A DNA stretch of 64,000 nt from Candidatus Omnitrophota bacterium (GTDB lineage: Bacteria > Omnitrophota > Gorgyraeia > Pluralincolimonadales > Pluralincolimonadaceae): contig JBAZFB010000003.1 in the NCBI GenBank assembly GCA_041653595.1, positions 64,346 through 128,345 on the forward strand. The letters run 5' to 3'. A program made the translations under genes and the position numbers. The notes under the pieces are model-generated. The model was not told the origin of the DNA, did not search any database, and saw nothing but the letters and a program-made list of their open reading frames with translations. Below, in pieces: positions 46,540 to 56,497 of the stretch (the first letter of the stretch is position 1; each line of letters opens with the position of its first letter).

Positions 46540-47406
46540 ATGACCTTAAAAGAAAAAATTAAAAATAAGAAGTTCATAATAACGAGCGAGATAGGCCCGC
46601 CCAAAGGGATCGACGTCAAAACTATCCTCGAGGAGGCGCGCCTTCTTAAGGGCAGGGTCGACGCGGTCAACGTGACCGATTCGCAGAGCGCGGTGATGAG
46701 GCTCGGTTCGCTAGCCGTGAGCCGGCTTCTGAAGGAAGAAGGCGTGGAGCCCGTATACCAGCTGACCTGCCGCGACAGGAACAGGATAGCGCTGCAGTCC
46801 GACGCTTTGTCCGCGGCCGTCCTGGGCATAGAGAATATCCTGGTGCTGACCGGCGACCACCCGTCGCGCGGCGACCATCCGGAAGCGAAGCCTGTCTTCG
46901 ACCTCGACTCGGTCCAGTTGATCGAGACCTTAAGGAAGCTCGAGAGCGGGAAGGACCTTTCCGGGAAGGAACTTAAGGGCGTCCCGAAATTCTGCGTCGG
47001 CGCGGTCGTAAACCCGGGCGCGGACCCGGTTGAACCGGAACTGATAAAATTCGAGAAGAAGTTAAAGGCGGGCGCCGAGTTCTTCCAGACGCAGGGCGTC
47101 TATGACGTTAAGACATTCGCGAAATTCATCGATAAGGTCAAGCAATATAATACCTGTATAATCGCGGGCATCATACTTATTAAATCCCCTGACATGGCGA
47201 GGTTCATGAACAAGAACGTCGCCGGGATATTCATACCTGACAGCCTGATAAAAGAAGTCGAAGGCGCCGCCGATAAGCAGGATAAGGCCTTTGAGATCGC
47301 GGCGCGCACCATAACAGGGTTGAAAGGCCTGGCGCAGGGCGTCCATTTAATGTCGTTGGGCTGGAACAAGCTCGTTCCCCGCATCCTGGATGCCGCGGGC
47401 CTTTAG
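46540..47406 (+). CDS. metF: 5,10-methylenetetrahydrofolate reductase
   Basis: 'FIITSEIGPPKG', 'VNVTDSQSAVMRL', 'LTGDHP' MetF TIM-barrel blocks. Confidence 0.85.
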   Translation: MTLKEKIKNKKFIITSEIGPPKGIDVKTILEEARLLKGRVDAVNVTDSQSAVMRLGSLAVSRLLKEEGVEPVYQLTCRDRNRIALQSDALSAAVLGIENILVLTGDHPSRGDHPEAKPVFDLDSVQLIETLRKLESGKDLSGKELKGVPKFCVGAVVNPGADPVEPELIKFEKKLKAGAEFFQTQGVYDVKTFAKFIDKVKQYNTCIIAGIILIKSPDMARFMNKNVAGIFIPDSLIKEVEGAADKQDKAFEIAARTITGLKGLAQGVHLMSLGWNKLVPRILDAAGL

Positions 47407-47412
47407 GAGATA

Positions 47413-48081
47413 ATGATCGTCTTTCTGAAGAATATCCCTATAAAGATACCGGCGGACCTCGTCCTCTCACGCCTCAAATTCGCTAAATATAAGACAAAGG
47501 CGGACAAGAAGATATTCGCGTTCATCTCCTGCGTGATCGAGGAAGGCCATTCGCTCGCGGAGCCGAAAGCTGTCTACGGGATATTTGATGTCGCGATAGA
47601 GGGCGATGCGGTAAAATTCCCGGAAGCGAAGTTCGCCGTAAAAAGCAACGCCCTGGCGAAACGGCTTAAGGGAGCCGGTAAGGCGGCGCTCTTTGTATGC
47701 ACGATCGGTAAAGATCTCACCGATGCGGTGAACGGATACGTGACCAAAGGCGAGATCGCTCGCGCGACGGTCCTGGACGCGGCCGGCTCAGAAGCCGTCG
47801 AGGCGCTCGCCGGGCATATAGACAATGTGATAAAGGCGAAAGCCAAGGCCGAGGGTTACGCGGTAACGGCGCGGTTCAGCCCGGGATACGGGGACTGGAC
47901 GATATTCGACCAGCCTAAAATATTGAAAGTCCTGATGTCGGACAAGATCGGCGTAAAGGCGGTAAAGAGCTGCATCATGGTGCCGGAGAAATCTGTCACG
48001 GCATGCATCGGCCTTATAAAGAAAGGCCAAAGGCCCATAAGAAAGGTCTATGAAAAAAATATCAGCCCGCTTAAAAAATGA
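47413..48081 (+). CDS. Stand-alone methionine synthase reactivation (AdoMet-binding activation) domain protein
   Basis: 'RFSPGYGDW' matches the RxxPGY AdoMet-binding motif of the MetH activation domain; located immediately upstream of, and overlapping, metH core. Confidence 0.65.
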   Translation: MIVFLKNIPIKIPADLVLSRLKFAKYKTKADKKIFAFISCVIEEGHSLAEPKAVYGIFDVAIEGDAVKFPEAKFAVKSNALAKRLKGAGKAALFVCTIGKDLTDAVNGYVTKGEIARATVLDAAGSEAVEALAGHIDNVIKAKAKAEGYAVTARFSPGYGDWTIFDQPKILKVLMSDKIGVKAVKSCIMVPEKSVTACIGLIKKGQRPIRKVYEKNISPLKK

Positions 48082-50467
48082 GATACTGATATACGACGGG
48101 GCGCTGGGCACTGTCCTGCAGGAGACAGGGGCGCTGAAGGCCGGGGCCTGCCCCGAGGAATTAAATCTCCTGGAGCCCGATATTATAAAGTCCATCCATC
48201 TTGATTACATAAAAGCCGGCGCCGATATCATCGAAACGAATTCGTTCGGCGGCAGCAAATTAAAACTCGCGGCATACGGGCTTGAGAAAGAAGCCGACAG
48301 GATAAATTATGAGGCGGCGCGCATCGCCAGGTCCGCGGCCGCGGGTAAGGCGTATGTCGCGGGCTCTGTCGGGCCGCTTGACAGGCAGTTGACGCCTCTG
48401 GGCGACCTCTCTTTTGATGAGGCGGTAAAGCTATTCGAAGACCAGATACGGGCCCTTAAGGAAGGCGGATGCGACCTGATAATACTGGAGACCTTCGCCG
48501 ATATAAAGGAGCTGAAGGCGGCATTCATCGCGGCCCGCCAGGCAGGCGGCCGGATCCCGGTGCAGGCGCAGATGACGTTTGAAGGCGGCGAGCGCAGCAC
48601 ATACGGCACTCCGCCGTCGGCGTTCGCGGTCTTGTTCCAGTCGCTCGGCGCGGATATCATCGGGACGAACTGCTCTACCGGCCCGAAGGAATTAATAAAA
48701 GTAGTCAAAGAGATCATCCCATATACCGATAGATACGTCTCATGCCTTCCGAACGCGGGACTTCCGGAATTACGCGCCGGCAGGACATATTTTCCCGAGA
48801 GCCCGAAGTCCTTCGCGAGATACGCCGCGGAGTTCGCCGGGTTGGGCGCGAGCCTGATCGGCGGATGCTGCGGTACCACTCCGGAACATATAAATGAACT
48901 GAAAAAGATCTTAAAAAACAGGCGTCCGGCAAAGAGGAAGTATTCCCCCGCGTTCAGGCTATCCTCTAGGACAAAGGTCGTGGAGCTTAACGCGAAGACG
49001 CGCCCGCTGATCATAGGCGAGCGTATCAACCCGACCGGTAAGAAAGGCCTCCAGGAAGAGATAAAGGCCGGCAAGTCCGTCACTATCAGGCGCGAGGCGA
49101 TAGAGGAGACCAAAAAAGGCGCGGACATCCTGGATGTTAATGTCGGTGTGCCGGGGACGCGCGAGCAGGAGACGATCGTCCCGGCCATAGAGGCTGTCCA
49201 GGCGGTCAGCGAGGCGCCGGTGTCGATAGACAGCGCGAATCCCGCGGCCGTCGAAGCGGCGCTGAAGGAAGTCTCCGGAAAGCCGCTGATCAATTCGGTC
49301 AACGGCGAGAATGATAAGATAAATTCCATCCTGCCGCTCGCGAAGAAATACGGGGCGGCGATACTCGTCCTGGCCCTGGATAAGTGCGGTATCCCGAAAG
49401 ATTCAAAAGCCCGCGTTAAGATCGCAACAAGCGTCATAAATAAGGCGCTGGCGTTTGGCATACGAAAAGAAGATATAATCGTAGACCCGCTCACGCTGGC
49501 CATATCGGCTGAGCCTGAGCAGGTGAAAGAGACGCTCAAGGCGATCAAGGAACTGAAGAAGAAAGGATTCTCCTCCTCGTTAGGCGTAAGCAATGTGTCG
49601 TTCGGGCTGCCGAACAGGAGGAAGATAAACGCGGATTTCTTCTCGCTGGCGCTCGCTTCCGGCCTAGACCTCGCGATAATAAACCCGAGCGACGACAATA
49701 TGTTCTGGGTCGCGAAACAAAAGAAGAAGCGCGCTGCGGACGAAGCCGGAATAAAGAAATTCCTTAAGGCCGCGCTCAGCCCTATCGAAGAGGTTTCGAG
49801 GAAAAAGCTGGAAGTAAAGCCGGGCGAGCATAAAGACGTGAAGACGCGGCTCAAAGAAGCGGTCCTCTACGGCGACAAGGAAAATATCACCGCGTATGTC
49901 GAAGAGGCGCTTTCCCAAGGCATCGCTCCGCTTGAGATAAACAGCAAGATACTTATTCCCGCCCTGGAGGTAGTCGGCGAGAAATTCGGCAAGAGGGAAT
50001 ATTTCCTCCCGCAGGTGATATTATCGGCGGAGGCAGTCCAGCGGGCGTTTGGGCGGCTCAAGAAAGAGATAAAGCCCGGCGAAGAGGAAGATAAGGGCAC
50101 TATCGTGATCGCGACCGTCGAGGGCGATATACATGATATCGGGAAGAATATCGTCATATCGGTCCTGGAAAACCACGGCTATAAGATAGTCGATCTCGGC
50201 CGCGGCGTGCCGGCCGATACGATAATAAAAGAAGCGGTAAAGAACAAAGCCGATATAATCGGCTTGAGCTCCCTGATGACGACGACGATGATACAGATGG
50301 AGCGCGTCATAAAGGAATTGAAGAAGAAGGGCCTTAATTTCAAGACGATCGTGGGCGGCGCGGTAGTGACCGAGGCGTTCGCCAAAGAAATAGGCGCCTC
50401 AGCCTACGCGCGCGACGCGATCGAGGCGGTCAATATCGTAAAATCGCTCATGAAAGAGAGAAGGTGA
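48050..50467 (+). CDS. metH: Cobalamin-dependent methionine synthase core (Hcy-binding + pterin-binding + B12-binding domains; lacks activation domain)
   Basis: 'ILIYDGALGTVLQE' Hcy-methyltransferase domain, pterin-binding 'GERINPTGKK', B12 cap plus 'DIHDIGKNIV' DxHxxG motif at C-terminus. Confidence 0.85.
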   Translation: MKKISARLKNEILIYDGALGTVLQETGALKAGACPEELNLLEPDIIKSIHLDYIKAGADIIETNSFGGSKLKLAAYGLEKEADRINYEAARIARSAAAGKAYVAGSVGPLDRQLTPLGDLSFDEAVKLFEDQIRALKEGGCDLIILETFADIKELKAAFIAARQAGGRIPVQAQMTFEGGERSTYGTPPSAFAVLFQSLGADIIGTNCSTGPKELIKVVKEIIPYTDRYVSCLPNAGLPELRAGRTYFPESPKSFARYAAEFAGLGASLIGGCCGTTPEHINELKKILKNRRPAKRKYSPAFRLSSRTKVVELNAKTRPLIIGERINPTGKKGLQEEIKAGKSVTIRREAIEETKKGADILDVNVGVPGTREQETIVPAIEAVQAVSEAPVSIDSANPAAVEAALKEVSGKPLINSVNGENDKINSILPLAKKYGAAILVLALDKCGIPKDSKARVKIATSVINKALAFGIRKEDIIVDPLTLAISAEPEQVKETLKAIKELKKKGFSSSLGVSNVSFGLPNRRKINADFFSLALASGLDLAIINPSDDNMFWVAKQKKKRAADEAGIKKFLKAALSPIEEVSRKKLEVKPGEHKDVKTRLKEAVLYGDKENITAYVEEALSQGIAPLEINSKILIPALEVVGEKFGKREYFLPQVILSAEAVQRAFGRLKKEIKPGEEEDKGTIVIATVEGDIHDIGKNIVISVLENHGYKIVDLGRGVPADTIIKEAVKNKADIIGLSSLMTTTMIQMERVIKELKKKGLNFKTIVGGAVVTEAFAKEIGASAYARDAIEAVNIVKSLMKERR

Positions 50468-51330
50468 CGGCAATGGAGCGGAAGAAGATAACTATCCCGG
50501 ATATCCAGAAGAAGAAACAGGAAGGCAGGAAGATAACGCTCCTTACCGCCTACGATTACCCGTCGGGGCGGCTAATCGATGAAGCGGGCGTTGATATCAT
50601 ACTTATAGGCGATTCGCTGGCGATGACCGTGCTGGGGTATGAGTCGACCGTCCCCATAACTATGGATGAGATGATCCATCACGCCAAAGCCGTAAAACGC
50701 GGCGCCAAATACGGGCTTATGATAGGCGACATGCCTTTTATGACATATAACATAGGCGAGAAAGAGACCATAAGAAATGCAGGCAGGTTCATAAAAGAGG
50801 GCGGGTGCGGCGCTGTAAAGATCGAAGGCGGCACCGAGATGACAGGTGTCGTAAAAGCATTGGTAAAAGCGGGAATTCCGGTCCTGGGACACATAGGACT
50901 TACGCCTCAGACCGCTACGCAACTCGGCGGGTTCAAGGTACAGGGCAAGGATGCCGCGAGCGCGCAAAAGCTGCTCGATTCCGCGCTTTCACTGGAGAAA
51001 GCCGGCTGTTTCGCGATCATCCTCGAGTGCGTCCCGGATAAACTCGCGAAATTGATCACCGAAAAACTTGGGATCCCGACGATAGGGATAGGCGCCGGCG
51101 CGTATTGTGACGGCCAGGCGCTCGTCACGAACGATATGATAGGTTTATTCGACCGCTTTACGCCGAAGTTCGTGAAAAAATACGCCGACCTCTGGCCGTT
51201 ACTGCTGAACGCGTTCAAGAGATACAAGGATGAAGTGGAAGGCGGCAAGTTCCCCAGCGAAGAGCACAGCTTTACGATGAACGAATCGGAACTGAAAAAG
51301 ATAAAAACCAACAAGAGGAGAGGTAAATGA
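50464..51330 (+). CDS. panB: 3-methyl-2-oxobutanoate hydroxymethyltransferase
   Basis: 'ITLLTAYDYPSGRL...ILIGDSLAMTVLGY' PanB signature. Confidence 0.9.
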   Translation: MTAMERKKITIPDIQKKKQEGRKITLLTAYDYPSGRLIDEAGVDIILIGDSLAMTVLGYESTVPITMDEMIHHAKAVKRGAKYGLMIGDMPFMTYNIGEKETIRNAGRFIKEGGCGAVKIEGGTEMTGVVKALVKAGIPVLGHIGLTPQTATQLGGFKVQGKDAASAQKLLDSALSLEKAGCFAIILECVPDKLAKLITEKLGIPTIGIGAGAYCDGQALVTNDMIGLFDRFTPKFVKKYADLWPLLLNAFKRYKDEVEGGKFPSEEHSFTMNESELKKIKTNKRRGK

Positions 51331-51361
51331 AAATAAGAGTCCCGACAACCGGAGTGATAGC

Positions 51362-52171
51362 ATGCACAAGATAGTCGAGAAGAAACAACTGGCAGATACG
51401 ATAACTTTATTGAAGGTCGAGGCGCCGATGGTCGTGCGCGAAGCGAAGCCCGGGCAGTTCGTGATAGTCCGGCTCGATGAGTTCGGTGAGAGGATACCGC
51501 TTACGATATGCGACGCTGACAGGGCGCGCGGCGTCCTGACTCTCATAATACAACAGCTCGGCAGGTCGACAAAAGACCTCTGCGCGTTAAAAGCCGGGGA
51601 CCAGATAAGGGACATACTCGGGCCGCTCGGCAACCCCACTGAGATAGAGAAATTCGGCACGGTCGTGATAATCGGCGGCGGCGTCGGCGCTGCGGAATTA
51701 TATACCGCGGCAAAGGCCCTGAAAGAAAAAGGCAATAAGGTCATCACCATAATCGGCGCCCGCAACAAGAGCCTTATAATTCTCGAGGATGAATTCAAGC
51801 CGATCGCCGACGAGGTGCTTATCACCACAGACGACGGAAGCTACGGCATCAAGGGTTTCGTGACCGACGCCCTTAAAAAGGTCATCTCGGAACAGAAAGT
51901 CGACCGCATCATATGTTGCGGCCCGATACCGATGATGAAAGCGGTCACCACGACGGCGAAGCCGCATAATATCCCCGCGATAGTGAGCCTGAACGCGATA
52001 CTTTTGGACGCGACAGGGATGTGCGGGAGCTGCCGCTGCACCATAGAGGGCAAGACGAAGTTCTCGTGCGTCGACGGGCCGGAATTCGATGGTTACAAAG
52101 TGGATTTTGACGAACTCATGGCGAGGAACAAGAGGTTCCTGGACGAAGAAAGGAGAGCGCTCGAGGTATAA
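51362..52171 (+). CDS. nfnA: NfnA/SudB-like ferredoxin-NADP reductase-like small subunit (FAD, [2Fe-2S])
   Basis: PyrK/FNR-like fold; C-terminal 'MCGSCRCTIEGKTKFSCVDGP' [2Fe-2S] motif. Confidence 0.75.
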   Translation: MHKIVEKKQLADTITLLKVEAPMVVREAKPGQFVIVRLDEFGERIPLTICDADRARGVLTLIIQQLGRSTKDLCALKAGDQIRDILGPLGNPTEIEKFGTVVIIGGGVGAAELYTAAKALKEKGNKVITIIGARNKSLIILEDEFKPIADEVLITTDDGSYGIKGFVTDALKKVISEQKVDRIICCGPIPMMKAVTTTAKPHNIPAIVSLNAILLDATGMCGSCRCTIEGKTKFSCVDGPEFDGYKVDFDELMARNKRFLDEERRALEV

Positions 52172-53568
52172 TGGCTACCAATAAGACACCCAGGCAAGAG
52201 ATACCGGCCCGCAATCCGGAGGAGAGGAACAAGGATTTCAAGGAAGTATCATTGGGTTTCACCGAAGAGCAGGCGGTTCTCGAGGCGCAGCGCTGCATAG
52301 CGTGCAAGAAGAAGCCTTGCTGCAACGGATGCCCGGTCGAGATAGACATACCCGAATTCATAAAACTCGTCGCCAAGAAAGACTATAAAGGCGCCATACA
52401 AAAGATAAAAGAGAAGAATAATCTCCCGGCCATATGCGGCCGCGTCTGCCCGCAGGAGACGCAATGCGAATCGCTTTGCACCTTGGTGGCAAAAGGGCAG
52501 CCGGTGGCGGTCGGCGCTCTGGAGAGGTTCGTTGCCGACCGGGAAGCGGAGCACCCGGGATCGAAAGAACCGCCTGTCATAAAAGAGAAAAAGGATATCA
52601 AAGTCGCCGTGGTCGGCGCCGGGCCGGCCGGGTTGACAGCTGCCGCAGACCTCGCCAGGTACGGTTATAAGGTAACGCTCTTCGAATCGTTGAGCGCGAG
52701 CGGCGGCGTCTTAAGATACGGCATTCCCGAGTTCAGGCTTCCCAAGGCGATCCTCGACCGCGAGACCGAATATATAAAGTCTCTCGGCGTGGAGATAAAA
52801 TATAACATCCTTATAGGCAGGACATTCTCGATAGCCGACCTTTTCAAGGACGGATACAAGGCGATATTCCTCGGGACAGGCGCCGGGCTGCCGTATTTCC
52901 TGGGCATCCCTGGTGAGAACTTAAACGGCGTCTATTCCGCCAACGAGTTCCTGACGCGGGTCAACCTCATGCACGCGTATGAATTCCCGAAATATAAGAC
53001 GCCGGTGAAGATCGGCGAACGTGTGGCTGTAGTCGGCGCGGGTAACACAGCCATGGACTGCGTGCGAGTGGCCAAGCGCCTGGGCGCCAAGGACGCGATG
53101 ATCATCTACAGGAGGAGCGAGGCCGAGGCCCCGGCAAGGCGCGCGGAACTCGAGCACGCGAAAGAAGAACGTATAGAATTCCGGTTCCTTACGGCTCCTA
53201 TCAAAATAGAGGGGAATGAAAAGGGCGAGGTAAAGAGCATGACCTGCCTGAAGATGGAGCTTGGCGAACCGGACGCGAGCGGCAGGAGGCGTCCGGTCCC
53301 GATAAAGGGTTCCGAATACGAGATGCCGGTCGATACAGTGATAATCGCGGTCGGGCAGGGGCCGAACCCCCTGATAGCGCATACGACAAAAGAGCTCGCG
53401 GTCGACGAAAAATCCGGCGAGCTTAAGATAGACGAAAACTGCATGACCTCGATAAAAGGCATATTCGCCGGCGGAGATATCACTACCGGGGAAGGCACGG
53501 TCATCGCTGCTATGGGCGCGGGCAAGAAAGCCGCCGCGGCGATAGACAAGTTCTTTAAGGAAAAATAG
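52171..53568 (+). CDS. nfnB: NfnB/SudA/GltD-like NAD(P)H-dependent FAD oxidoreductase with 2x[4Fe-4S]
   Basis: N-terminal 'CIACKKKPCCNGCPV' and 'CGRVCPQETQCESLC' clusters; 'VAVVGAGPAGLTAA' and 'VAVVGAGNTAMD' dinucleotide folds. Confidence 0.8.
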   Translation: MATNKTPRQEIPARNPEERNKDFKEVSLGFTEEQAVLEAQRCIACKKKPCCNGCPVEIDIPEFIKLVAKKDYKGAIQKIKEKNNLPAICGRVCPQETQCESLCTLVAKGQPVAVGALERFVADREAEHPGSKEPPVIKEKKDIKVAVVGAGPAGLTAAADLARYGYKVTLFESLSASGGVLRYGIPEFRLPKAILDRETEYIKSLGVEIKYNILIGRTFSIADLFKDGYKAIFLGTGAGLPYFLGIPGENLNGVYSANEFLTRVNLMHAYEFPKYKTPVKIGERVAVVGAGNTAMDCVRVAKRLGAKDAMIIYRRSEAEAPARRAELEHAKEERIEFRFLTAPIKIEGNEKGEVKSMTCLKMELGEPDASGRRRPVPIKGSEYEMPVDTVIIAVGQGPNPLIAHTTKELAVDEKSGELKIDENCMTSIKGIFAGGDITTGEGTVIAAMGAGKKAAAAIDKFFKEK

Positions 53569-54645
53569 ATGAAGAAGCCCCTCTTTTTAGCGCTCTTGCC
53601 GCTCGTCGCCCTTTGCGCCAGCGGTTGTTTCATAAATATGGCCGCTACGACGAAGATAAACGACGACGGTTCGGGTTTCCGCATAACCACCTATTCCGCT
53701 GACGGCGCGTCCGAGAAAGAGGAAGTGCTCAAGAATTATCTCCTGCCTCCGGGCGGCGAATGGAGGCTCAACCAGTATGTAAAAGATTCCCCGCCCCAGC
53801 ATATCTACGAGGCAAAGCAGGTATTTATCGACCTCAACAAACTGGCGCCCGACTATTACAGGAAAGGCGCGAAGCCCGGAGATGTTTCGGCCAATAAATT
53901 CTCCCTCAAGATCAACAGGGGCATATTATTTACGACTTACGAATACGGGGAGACGTATAAGGACTGCACCGACAGCGCCAGGATCAGGAAATTATGCGAT
54001 AGCTGGTATGAGCACTCCATAGAGACGGCCGCCACGGAAGTGGCGCGGGCTTTCCCGAAGGCGATAAAAAAGGAGAAAGCCAGGGAGCTGCTGGAAGCCG
54101 TATATCGCCCGTATTTTGATTATATGACCGCGGAATTTACCAGCGCCGGCCGGCAGGCGTTCGATGAGAAGAATGTGCAGTTCAAGGCGAAGATGGATGA
54201 GTTCGAGAAGAAATTCACCGCCGAGGGGTTCTCCGCGATCTTCGCCGGTTACATAATATCCGCGGATAAGGCGTCTGGCAAGGAAGCCATCTTGGAAAAA
54301 TTGATGGCGGTGCACGCGAGCATAGACAAACAGCTTTCGGATTACGGGACCGCGATGAATGAGGCGAATTACGACGACGCTTTCGGTGTGTACGGCTGGC
54401 CGATATTCATGGGCTATTCGTTCGATATATCGGTCGTCATGCCCGGGCGTATGATCGAGGCCAATGCCGGTAAGATGACTTTGAATTCGGCGAAATGGGA
54501 ATTCAAGAACGACGATTTTCTCCTCAAGGAATTTACCCTCCGGGCGAAGTCGCGTAAACTCAACCTGGCCGGCATCGGTATCATAGTAGCGATCCTGGCG
54601 GCGGCATTACTGGTAGCGTATAAGAGGGAACGGAAGAATAAGTGA
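53569..54645 (+). CDS. Hypothetical lipoprotein with C-terminal transmembrane anchor
   Basis: Lipobox 'ALCASGC'; C-terminal 'LAGIGIIVAILAAALLVAY' helix; no recognised domain. Confidence 0.4.
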   Translation: MKKPLFLALLPLVALCASGCFINMAATTKINDDGSGFRITTYSADGASEKEEVLKNYLLPPGGEWRLNQYVKDSPPQHIYEAKQVFIDLNKLAPDYYRKGAKPGDVSANKFSLKINRGILFTTYEYGETYKDCTDSARIRKLCDSWYEHSIETAATEVARAFPKAIKKEKARELLEAVYRPYFDYMTAEFTSAGRQAFDEKNVQFKAKMDEFEKKFTAEGFSAIFAGYIISADKASGKEAILEKLMAVHASIDKQLSDYGTAMNEANYDDAFGVYGWPIFMGYSFDISVVMPGRMIEANAGKMTLNSAKWEFKNDDFLLKEFTLRAKSRKLNLAGIGIIVAILAAALLVAYKRERKNK

Positions 54646-55709
54646 AAAAAGCCGTTGTCGCTATGAGCGGCGGCGTCGATTCATCGGTCGCCGCTTTTTT
54701 ATTGAAAAAAGAGGGTTACGAGGTCATCGGTATCACTATGCAGCTTTGGTCTAAGGACCTCTGCGGAAAGCACGGCGGGAAGAGCTGTTGCTCGCTAGAG
54801 GCGATAGAGGACGCCAGGAAGGTCGCCTCGCTCCTCGATATCCCGCATTACGTAATGAACCTCGAGAAGGATTTCAGCGATTTCGTCATTAAGTATTTCT
54901 GCTCCGAGTATGAGAAAGGGCGGACGCCTAATCCCTGCGTCGTCTGCAACAGCAGGATGAAGTTCGGAAAACTATTGGAGAGGGCGAAGGTCCTCGGCGC
55001 GGAACATGTCGCGACCGGCCATTACGCGAGGCTCGGCCGCGGCGAGAGCAACGGCCGGTATTACATAAACGAGGCCGCGGACAAGACTAAGGACCAGTCG
55101 TATTTTCTCTTCGATCTGTCCCAGGAGCAGCTTGAACATGCGCTCTTTCCGCTCGGCGGGTTATCGAAGAAAGAGGTCAGGGAGATTGCCAGGTCGAACG
55201 GCCTGAAGGTCCATGATAAGCCCGAGAGCCAGGATATCTGTTTTGTGATAAAAGGCGATTATCGCGATTTTATAAAGGACAAGATAAAGGGAGTGAAGCC
55301 CGGCAGGATAGTCGATACCGGAGGAAAGGTTTTGGGCGAGCATAAGGGCATTGCGTTCTATACGATAGGGCAAAGGGAAGGCCTGGGCGTCGCGGCCGGT
55401 AAGCCGGTATATGTCGTAAAGATCGACGCAGCAAAGAATGAGATCGTATTGGGCGACGCCGGAGAGGCGAAGGGCAGGGAATTGACGGCGAGCGCAATCT
55501 CATGGATGGCTGTAGAAGGGCTGGATTCCGGCATCCGCGCTGAGGCGAAGATAAGGTATAACCACCCTAAGGCTGCCTGCGAGGTCATACCGGTCTCCGG
55601 CAATAAAGTGAAAGCCGTATTCGATGAGCCGCAGTACGCGATAACCCCGGGCCAGGCATTCGTATTTTATGAAGGCGAAAAGATATTAGGCGGCGGATGG
55701 ATAGATTAA
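54642..55709 (+). CDS. mnmA: tRNA-specific 2-thiouridylase
   Basis: 'VVAMSGGVDSSVAA' PP-loop, 'CNSRMKF', 'GHYAR' MnmA blocks. Confidence 0.9.
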   Translation: MKKAVVAMSGGVDSSVAAFLLKKEGYEVIGITMQLWSKDLCGKHGGKSCCSLEAIEDARKVASLLDIPHYVMNLEKDFSDFVIKYFCSEYEKGRTPNPCVVCNSRMKFGKLLERAKVLGAEHVATGHYARLGRGESNGRYYINEAADKTKDQSYFLFDLSQEQLEHALFPLGGLSKKEVREIARSNGLKVHDKPESQDICFVIKGDYRDFIKDKIKGVKPGRIVDTGGKVLGEHKGIAFYTIGQREGLGVAAGKPVYVVKIDAAKNEIVLGDAGEAKGRELTASAISWMAVEGLDSGIRAEAKIRYNHPKAACEVIPVSGNKVKAVFDEPQYAITPGQAFVFYEGEKILGGGWID

Positions 55710-56497
55710 AAAAGATCTTAATGAGGCTGGGCAAGGTGGTGATCGCTTTTTCCGGCGGGGTGGATTCGACGTTCCTGCTCAAAGTAGCTAAAGATACTCT
55801 AGGCAGAAATAACGTCCTAGCTATCACCGCGACATCCGAGACCTACCCGTCTTCGGAACTCAGGGATGCCAAGAGGCTCGCGAAAATAATAGGCGTCAGG
55901 CAGGTGGTGATCAGGACCGCTGAATTCGACGATCCCAAATTCAGGGATAATCCTCCGCAGAGATGTTATTACTGCAAAAAAGAGCTCTTCAAGGAGATCG
56001 GCAAGATCGCCCGGCGCGAAGGGTTCAGGCATATCGCCGACGCCTCCAATTATGACGACAGGAAAGATTTCAGGCCGGGCAGCCGCGCCGCGAAAGAGAG
56101 CGGCGTATCAAGCCCGTTAAAAGAGGCGCGCCTGACCAAGGACGCGATACGCAGGCTGTCAAAAAAGCTTGGGTTGCAGACCTGGAATAAGCCTTCTTAT
56201 GCCTGCCTCGCGTCGCGCATACCTTATTACGATACGATAACCAGGCGGAAGCTGGAGATGATAGAAAAAGCAGAGGATATCTTGCGGAATAATTACAGTT
56301 TCAGTCAGGTGCGCGTCCGTTGCCATGGTGATATCGCGAGGATCGAAGTGGCTCCGCGCGAGATACGGAAGTTCTTCAAAGGGGAAGCGGCTTCCGGGGC
56401 GGCGAAGCGTCTTCAAAAACTGGGTTTTAAATATGTCACCGTGGACATATTGGGTTACCGGACGGGAAGCATGAACGAAACTTTAAGGAAACGCTGA
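55697..56497 (+). CDS. larE: LarE, ATP-dependent sacrificial sulfur transferase for nickel-pincer cofactor (PP-loop ATPase)
   Basis: 'VVIAFSGGVDSTFLL' PP-loop, 'CYYCKKELF' Cys motif, 'YACLASRIPY' block characteristic of LarE/TIGR00268 family. Confidence 0.8.
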   Translation: MDRLKKILMRLGKVVIAFSGGVDSTFLLKVAKDTLGRNNVLAITATSETYPSSELRDAKRLAKIIGVRQVVIRTAEFDDPKFRDNPPQRCYYCKKELFKEIGKIARREGFRHIADASNYDDRKDFRPGSRAAKESGVSSPLKEARLTKDAIRRLSKKLGLQTWNKPSYACLASRIPYYDTITRRKLEMIEKAEDILRNNYSFSQVRVRCHGDIARIEVAPREIRKFFKGEAASGAAKRLQKLGFKYVTVDILGYRTGSMNETLRKR

